Source: a virus (Duplodnaviria; Caudoviricetes). Taken from it: DNA of 31,915 bases. The notes beneath the pieces are model-generated. The model was not told where the DNA came from. It saw only the letters and a program-made list of their open reading frames with translations, and made no database searches. How positions within the stretch are numbered: the stretch's first letter is position 1; each line of letters starts with the position of its first letter. Made by a program: the position numbers and the translations under genes. This document shows, in pieces, positions 26,270 to 31,915 of the stretch. The stretch lies in the IMG/VR virus record IMGVR_UViG_3300038317_000149, positions 1 through 31,915 of that record; one strand, given 5' to 3'.

Positions 26270-27284
26270 GTTAAGTCCTATTTGTAATATTATTGTTTTT
26301 TGTAAAGATAATAAAAAAAAGATTATCTTCAATAAAATTAATGAAATTAATGTAACAACTTCTATTCACAACTTAACAGATACTTGTACAATTACCTTAC
26401 CAAAGAATTTTACTAACAAAAAAGGCAATACTATTTTCGACTACCTGACACAGGGCGATGAGATTATAGTTAAAACAAAGTATGCTGAGCATAAAGACTG
26501 GCATCAAATATTCAGAGGCTACATAACAAACATTAACGACACTACGCCTGCAACCATTACTTGTCAAAATGAGATGTATAGGCTTAAGAAAGTGTTGGTA
26601 CAGCCTGAAAAAATAGAACAATTTAATCTTGAAACATGGTTTAAAAAGTATGTAAATGATATTAAAATTAAAACCGTGGGAGATATAAAATTTGGTTCTC
26701 TAGATATTAATTCAGAAATGACAATGGCAGAAGCTCTGTTAAAGCTTTTAGATGTGTATTCATTTTTAAAATGCTACTTCTATAAAGATGAATTAGTCTT
26801 CACAATGCTTGCTTCGCCATCTGCAGAAAAAGATGCAATAGTTTTAAGTATAGGCAAAAATGTTATTACTGATAGTTTAGAATATGTAAAAGCTGAAGAT
26901 GTTAAAGTATGTATTAAAGCAACGTCTATAATTGTGCGAGAAAATAAAAATGAAAAACTTGAAGTTATGTTGCCTGAAGGAGCAAAAAATCTTAAAGATT
27001 ATGAGCAAAGACATTTTCACGTACCAGAATGTACGACAGAAAAAGAATTACGCACATTTGCAGAAAATAAGCTGAAGGAGTTTAAAGTTGATAAACTAAC
27101 AGGTAGTGTAACTCTTTTTGGCGTTCCGCGTGTTGAAAAAACAGATATTGTACACATATTGTCGCCTCGCAAAAATTTTAATGATAGACTATTTTTTGTC
27201 GATGCCGTAACTTATCGGTTTGGGCTAAATGGTTATAGACAAATAGTTAATCTGGGTTATCAAATTAAAAAGACAATGCAATGA
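26268..27284 (+). CDS. Baseplate hub protein (Mu gp44/late control D-like)
   Basis: LTDTCTITLP, IFRGYI, GSVTLFGVP, FFVDAVTYRFGLNGYRQ. Confidence 0.8.
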   Translation: MLSPICNIIVFCKDNKKKIIFNKINEINVTTSIHNLTDTCTITLPKNFTNKKGNTIFDYLTQGDEIIVKTKYAEHKDWHQIFRGYITNINDTTPATITCQNEMYRLKKVLVQPEKIEQFNLETWFKKYVNDIKIKTVGDIKFGSLDINSEMTMAEALLKLLDVYSFLKCYFYKDELVFTMLASPSAEKDAIVLSIGKNVITDSLEYVKAEDVKVCIKATSIIVRENKNEKLEVMLPEGAKNLKDYEQRHFHVPECTTEKELRTFAENKLKEFKVDKLTGSVTLFGVPRVEKTDIVHILSPRKNFNDRLFFVDAVTYRFGLNGYRQIVNLGYQIKKTMQ

Positions 27285-27787
27285 GTGTAGAGTTGAAAAT
27301 ACGGAAAAGCATAAAAGAATTAGCTGGCGCAACTGATTTAAGGTTTGAAACTTATGCTGCAATAGTAACAAGTGTAAATGGTGCTACTTGTAACGCTAAG
27401 AGGGTGCTGGACGATAAGATCGTTGAGCGTGTTAGGTTAAATACTAATGTGCAAGAAGAAAAAGGTTTGATCATTGTGCCAAAAGTAGGTTCAGATGTTT
27501 TAATTACAAACATTGATGGCGGTGCGAGTTTTGTAAGTCAGTATTCTGAAATAGAAAAAATAGAACTAAATGTGGATTCTACAATCATTATAAATGGTGG
27601 GCAAAATGATGGACTTGTTGAGATTAGAAAGTTGGAAGAGAACCTTGAAAAAATAAAAACTTACTTAAAAGATCTTGAGGCAGCACTCTTAACAAGCATA
27701 ACAGGTTTGGGAGGAGTATTGACGATAGTTTCGTCCGCTAACGATATGTCTTTTGTGAATATGGAAAATGAAACTATAAAACATTGA
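27281..27787 (+). CDS. Baseplate spike-like protein (gpV/gp45-type)
   Basis: OB-fold-like VRL...PKVGSDVLI, then INGG..GLV; follows the hub gene. Confidence 0.7.
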   Translation: MSVELKIRKSIKELAGATDLRFETYAAIVTSVNGATCNAKRVLDDKIVERVRLNTNVQEEKGLIIVPKVGSDVLITNIDGGASFVSQYSEIEKIELNVDSTIIINGGQNDGLVEIRKLEENLEKIKTYLKDLEAALLTSITGLGGVLTIVSSANDMSFVNMENETIKH

Positions 27788-27791
27788 TACT

Positions 27792-28070
27792 ATGAAAGGA
27801 ATTTTGCTTGACGAAAATAATAATTTAACAGCCACAAATGGACATTTAACAATGGGTAACGTAACGGCTCAATGTGCGGAACTGCTTATAAATTCCTACA
27901 AGGGAGAATTTAAAAATGCACCACATTTAGGCGGTGGCGTTAAAGATTTTATAGCAGGCAATCCTAATCCATATTGGGTAGTTGAAATAAAACGACAATT
28001 GCAGGAGAACTTAACGCCAGCCAAAAGCGTAAAGTATGTAAATGGAGATATATTAATTGATTTAATTTAA
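27792..28070 (+). CDS. Baseplate wedge protein (gp46/gp25-like)
   Basis: GILLDEN...KGEFKNAPHLGGG. Confidence 0.65.
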   Translation: MKGILLDENNNLTATNGHLTMGNVTAQCAELLINSYKGEFKNAPHLGGGVKDFIAGNPNPYWVVEIKRQLQENLTPAKSVKYVNGDILIDLI

Positions 28071-28076
28071 TGAATT

Positions 28077-28982
28077 ATGAAGCCGAGAACAATTAATGAA
28101 ATAGCAGAGTTTATAAAGCAAAAGTTTATGTCTAACAGCTTTATCCGCAATTTTTACAGTCTTTCTCAAATCGTGACTAACCCTGTTAATGAGTTTGACG
28201 AAAGGTTTTCTCCTGCATCAATTGAGGCACAGTTTGTAATTGTGCTTGCAATCTCTATTGCTACTTTGGAAAACATGTTTTTTTGGTTCAAAGAGGACGT
28301 TGAATATATGATTGAACAAGAAAGGTATGGACACGCTGGGTGGTATAAGAAGATGGCTTTAAAGTTTCAGTATGGACAGGGAATCAATCCACATTATGGA
28401 CCAGGTTCCGATTCGGATTTTGCAGAATCATCAATCTATGAATTTGAAGATGATAATTTAAAGCCTGTAAAATTCGCATACGCCTCAACTGCCTCAATTC
28501 ATGAGGATGGTGTTGGTGTGCTTATTAAAATAGCAACATTGCAAGATGGTGTGCTACAACCATTGTCGTCAGAAATAGCAGACCTGTTCAAACTCTATAT
28601 GAATCGAATTAAGCCAGCTGGAGTACCGCTATATATTGTTAACGAAGATGCTGACAAATTAATCTTAACTATAGTTGTATATTACGATCCTTTGGTTATG
28701 CGCTATAATGGCAACTTAATTGCTGACGATAGCAACCCTGTTAAATTGGCAATTTATCAATATTTAAACAGTATCGAATTTAATGGCGAATTTTCAACAA
28801 CAGCACTAATTGATAGCATACAAGCAATATATGGGGTTGAAGCTGCAGAGATTACGAGTTCACAGTCGCAACGTGCTAGCAATTATCCTGAATCTTTTGA
28901 TGCTATTTGCGTGCCACATAGTGGTTACTTTAGATTAGAAAGTAATGATTTAACAGTTATTTACAGAGCAAAAACTCATTAA
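28077..28982 (+). CDS. Baseplate J-like protein
   Basis: WYKKMALKFQYG, YMNRIKPAGV, VYYDP, YLNSIEFNG, LIDSIQAIYGV. Confidence 0.78.
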   Translation: MKPRTINEIAEFIKQKFMSNSFIRNFYSLSQIVTNPVNEFDERFSPASIEAQFVIVLAISIATLENMFFWFKEDVEYMIEQERYGHAGWYKKMALKFQYGQGINPHYGPGSDSDFAESSIYEFEDDNLKPVKFAYASTASIHEDGVGVLIKIATLQDGVLQPLSSEIADLFKLYMNRIKPAGVPLYIVNEDADKLILTIVVYYDPLVMRYNGNLIADDSNPVKLAIYQYLNSIEFNGEFSTTALIDSIQAIYGVEAAEITSSQSQRASNYPESFDAICVPHSGYFRLESNDLTVIYRAKTH

Positions 28983-28995
28983 AAACGACACAAGT

Positions 28996-29457
28996 ATGAT
29001 ATATGACTTTAATTTAAAAAATTTAATAGGCAACATTTTACCAACAGAGCTAAGAACTAACATTATAAATTATTTCAACGCTCAACTTTTGGTTTTGAAC
29101 GACCTTTATGCGAAATTTATAAATTTACGAACAAATAGCCTGCAATCATTACGCTATGCTTGCACATATCCCGACTTGCAGAGATTGTTAAACGACAAAT
29201 TTCGTCCCGTCGATAGAGATATTAAAGTTTATGATGGTGAGGTGTACCAAGTTAATTTGATTTACCCAATGGCAGACGAAGTGGCTTTTGTCACACCCAA
29301 AGTTATAACTCCTAATATAGATGTTATATGTTCTCCTTTTAATGTATCACTACCAAACTGTTTAATAGTTGATGCGGATAAAATGATGCAGCTAACTAAA
29401 ATTATGGAGATTTACAAATTAACAGGCACAAATTATAAAATTATAAATCATGGATAA
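28996..29457 (+). CDS. Baseplate I-like protein
   Basis: LPTELR...LQRLLNDKF...YKLTGTNYKI, directly after the J-like gene. Confidence 0.65.
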   Translation: MIYDFNLKNLIGNILPTELRTNIINYFNAQLLVLNDLYAKFINLRTNSLQSLRYACTYPDLQRLLNDKFRPVDRDIKVYDGEVYQVNLIYPMADEVAFVTPKVITPNIDVICSPFNVSLPNCLIVDADKMMQLTKIMEIYKLTGTNYKIINHG

Positions 29458-30310
29458 ATTATTAAATGTACACAGAGAGGGCGGTTATCCTTTAGTCGGG
29501 GAAAACCTTAAAATAATAGAAGATTGGCCCAGGTATATTGAGGCAACATTAAATGGACTAATGATACCAAGTCTCACTTGTGTAATATTGGATACTGGAA
29601 CATCAGGGGTGTTAAATCCACCAAGCATTATTTGTTATATCGCGAGCAACTCTATTGTCGATCGCGGACTATATGAGTTGCATTTGCCGCCAGAGCAAAA
29701 TGTCAACATTCCTCAATTGGTCAATGGCGATATACAGAAAGGTATATTAATTGAACATACAACTTACGATGTTACTAATGCACAAGGGGTTTTTAACAAC
29801 GTTTATAAAAAGTCTGTCGCAACCATAACTCCTGTTAGTGGTATGTGTCCAGCCTATAAATTTAAGTATTTACACGTCCTTTTGCAGGAGTTAGGGGAAA
29901 TCGATTATGCTGAAACCGCCCTAACTGCTGCGTGTTATAGTCACATAGAATTTAATACCAATGGGACTATAAATGCAAATTATCGCCTAGATAATCATCA
30001 GCTTGTGCCCAATCCTGGTTTTCACACGGTTTTGAAAATAAAAAAACACACTCATTGTTTTGTTCAGTTGTCATATAAGGCAGTCGGACCCGACTCTATA
30101 TATTCCGTCGTTACCTTACCACCTTCTTTTGCGTTGGCTCATGGACACCTTGTGTTTCCATATGCTGTAGGAGCTGGAAATCTTGACATTAATGGATGGG
30201 GTGAAAACAATGACACTCCTAGAGTGATTTTGCGAGGCCGATACTTGATTTGGAAAAATGTAGTTAGTATGAATACTCCCGTCCATATTAGCATAAATTA
30301 TTTTAAATGA
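29450..30310 (+). CDS. Putative tail fibre / receptor-binding protein
   Basis: N-terminal GGYPL motif, beta-rich C-terminus (TLPPSF), and position after the baseplate genes. Confidence 0.55.
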   Translation: MDKLLNVHREGGYPLVGENLKIIEDWPRYIEATLNGLMIPSLTCVILDTGTSGVLNPPSIICYIASNSIVDRGLYELHLPPEQNVNIPQLVNGDIQKGILIEHTTYDVTNAQGVFNNVYKKSVATITPVSGMCPAYKFKYLHVLLQELGEIDYAETALTAACYSHIEFNTNGTINANYRLDNHQLVPNPGFHTVLKIKKHTHCFVQLSYKAVGPDSIYSVVTLPPSFALAHGHLVFPYAVGAGNLDINGWGENNDTPRVILRGRYLIWKNVVSMNTPVHISINYFK

Positions 30311-30597
30311 CAATAAACATGAAACAGAGCTTCAATATATTTGATTTAGCGTTGACCAAGGTTGGTAATATAGAGGATGTGTTTCAAATCGCTCGCATCA
30401 ACAATATAGCAGTTAGTAGCGTTTTGCAAGGTTCTTTGAGAGAAGAATTGTGTAGGTTAGAAAAAGTGTCCGCTACAGGTTTTGTGCCTGCGTCTGGCAA
30501 CATTTTGCCAATTTCTGGTGTAGTGAATACGATTATGAATTCCTCTATTTTATCTACCATTCAAAATAATCGCGTACACGTATTATTATTACAATAA
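30307..30597 (+). CDS. LysM-like (tail X-type) protein
   Basis: NIFDLALTKVGNIEDVFQIARINNI matches the LysM-like pattern. Confidence 0.6.
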   Translation: MTINMKQSFNIFDLALTKVGNIEDVFQIARINNIAVSSVLQGSLREELCRLEKVSATGFVPASGNILPISGVVNTIMNSSILSTIQNNRVHVLLLQ

Positions 30598-30609
30598 AAA
30601 TTAATAGAT

Positions 30610-31203
30610 ATGGATACAAAAAACTTCTCCCAATTTGACGAAAAAAATAAACCAGCCAATGGCGACTATGTGGTAGGTTATGACCCCAACACATTGAGTG
30701 AGATTAAAATCCCTGTAGGCTCATTAACAACCAAAGGTGTTGATGGAGACAGTCTGCAGGTACAATATAGTAAAGATAATGCAACATGGCACTTCCCATA
30801 TATGAATGGCGATACTTATATGCGACAAAAATTGGGCAATAATGAGTGGACATCGGGAATGTTTATGGGTATTGCTAAACATGTTAAATACATCAATCTT
30901 ATGCCTTCATGGACAGAGGAGGAAGAATTTGTAGCAACATGGGATGTTTCATCCGCCCTTCTCGCAATATGTGATACTAAAAGTGATGAGTTTGAGCTGC
31001 GAGTTGTTGGTGCGAGCATAGGCGACATTTTTGAATTAGTATTAATTGACCCTTCTCAAGTTATCTTTCCAGACGATTTTGTGTTTAATCCAGGTTGGAA
31101 ATTTCCTGCAGATACTCAATATCAATATTTTAAATTCATGTATTTGTCTGGAAAAGTGATTGTAAACTTAGTTCATACAATTATAGCCAAACTACGCCCA
31201 TAG
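30610..31203 (+). CDS. Putative tail fibre-associated protein
   Basis: GVDGDSLQVQYSKDNATWH...GDTYMRQK, a motif I recognise from phage fibre proteins. Last gene of the prophage. Confidence 0.5.
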   Translation: MDTKNFSQFDEKNKPANGDYVVGYDPNTLSEIKIPVGSLTTKGVDGDSLQVQYSKDNATWHFPYMNGDTYMRQKLGNNEWTSGMFMGIAKHVKYINLMPSWTEEEEFVATWDVSSALLAICDTKSDEFELRVVGASIGDIFELVLIDPSQVIFPDDFVFNPGWKFPADTQYQYFKFMYLSGKVIVNLVHTIIAKLRP

Positions 31204-31223
31204 TTGCGTGTGTTGGTTTTTTT

Positions 31224-31260
31224 TGTACATTTTATTTTATAATTTTGTACATTTTGTTTT
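31224..31260 (-). repeat. Right-end putative transposase-binding sites R2 and R1
   Basis: TGTACATTTTATTTT (31224-31238) and TGTACATTTTGTTTT (31246-31260), 22-bp period, inverted relative to L1/L2. A CA follows at 31273-31274. Confidence 0.8.
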
Positions 31261-31473
31261 GTTGATTATATACATAAGAAAAAAAATTGTTCTCTATAAA
31301 TTAACTTTTTTCACTTTTTTATTCACAACACCCAAAAATTTGATAAAAACTAATGCTAAAACACAAAAAACTAAACTAATTTGCCAATTTTAAAGTTTTT
31401 TTAAATAATTTAACTTCACTTTCTAATAAATGTGAGAATTAAATTTCTATTTTTGTTAAATAAAAATACAGAC

Positions 31474-31915
31474 ATGTTTAATTTAATAATAGATGCTGGA
31501 AATACAATTATAAAACTTAGAGTTTTAATGCAAAAAGAAATTGTTTCTACCGAAAACTGTAAAGACTGGGATTCTGCATTAAACAGCATAAAACTTTTAC
31601 AAAAAAACTTTAAAATTTCTGCCTGTATTTTATCAAATGTTAGAGAAAGCAATGCTTTATTTGAAAATTATTTAACTAAAAATTTTAAGACTATATTTTT
31701 TTCACACACAAATAAACTGCCTGTTATAATAAATTATAAAAGTTTAGAAACACTTGGAATAGACCGTTTGGCTGCTGTTTGTGGAGCTTCAGAATTATTT
31801 CCTAACAAAAATTCTTTAATAATAGATGCTGGAACAGCCATTACTTATGACATTTTAAAAGACGGTAAAATTTATGAAGGAGGAAATATTAGTCCTGGAA
31901 TTAAAATTAGATTTA
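31474..31915 (+). CDS. coaX: Type III pantothenate kinase (host, 3' truncated by the window)
   Basis: Hand translation: MFNLIIDAGNTIIK...YKSLETLGIDRLAA...LIIDAGTAITYD...YEGGNISPG. A -7 box TATTTTTG lies at 31448-31455. Confidence 0.93.
   Translation, partial: MFNLIIDAGNTIIKLRVLMQKEIVSTENCKDWDSALNSIKLLQKNFKISACILSNVRESNALFENYLTKNFKTIFFSHTNKLPVIINYKSLETLGIDRLAAVCGASELFPNKNSLIIDAGTAITYDILKDGKIYEGGNISPGIKIRF

Larger units (their letters stand above)
334..31274. mobile_element. Mu-like transposable prophage with contractile tail, Bacteroidetes type
   Basis: Transposase, MuB-like ATPase, MuF/portal/gp36/gpG, capsid, sheath and baseplate genes, bounded by inverted AAAAYAAAAYGTRCA repeats with host genes on both sides. 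Exact terminal bases are uncertain by a few nt. Confidence 0.93.

Noticed and set aside
25960-26274. Plus-strand 104-aa His/Leu-rich ORF
   Set aside because: Shadow of the minus-strand moron, which has a signal peptide and a recognisable repeat pattern.
29450-31274. Diversity-generating retroelement or Gin-type invertible fibre cassette
   Set aside because: No reverse transcriptase, no template/variable repeat pair and no recombinase seen.
31208-31652. ORFs 31208-31393 (+) and 31416-31652 (-)
   Set aside because: The first is low-complexity and spans the right-end repeats. The second is antisense to coaX.

Overview
An apparently complete ~30.9 kb Mu-like (transposable) contractile-tailed prophage of a low-GC Bacteroidetes host, spanning about 334-31274. 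It sits between the 3' end of a host DsbD/CcdA-type thioredoxin-domain gene and coaX. Layout: left end with transposase-binding repeats; repressor/Ner switch; rightward early operon (DDE transposase, MuB-like ATPase, RecA-like ATPase, DUF3164, DUF4406, HTH) that continues into gpG, a gp37-like gene, DUF5131, DUF551 and ASCH; an accessory zone; a leftward packaging operon (terS, terL, gp36, portal, MuF); and a rightward late operon (Clp protease/scaffold, capsid, lysis, sheath, tube, chaperone, tape measure, baseplate, fibres). Most interesting: (1) MuF carries a C-terminal BECR/LPD3-like nuclease extension with no obvious immunity ORF, and faces a promoter-driven ~65-nt hairpin RNA with a tRNA T-loop mimic (candidate RNA antitoxin); (2) an integron attC-like hairpin and a cassette-shaped gene with no integrase in the window; (3) an antisense moron encoding a probable secreted 7(1)-knot protein, bounded exactly by a TCATG duplication; (4) frameshift sites in the tail chaperone and the spanin. 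All family assignments come from motif recognition, not database searches.
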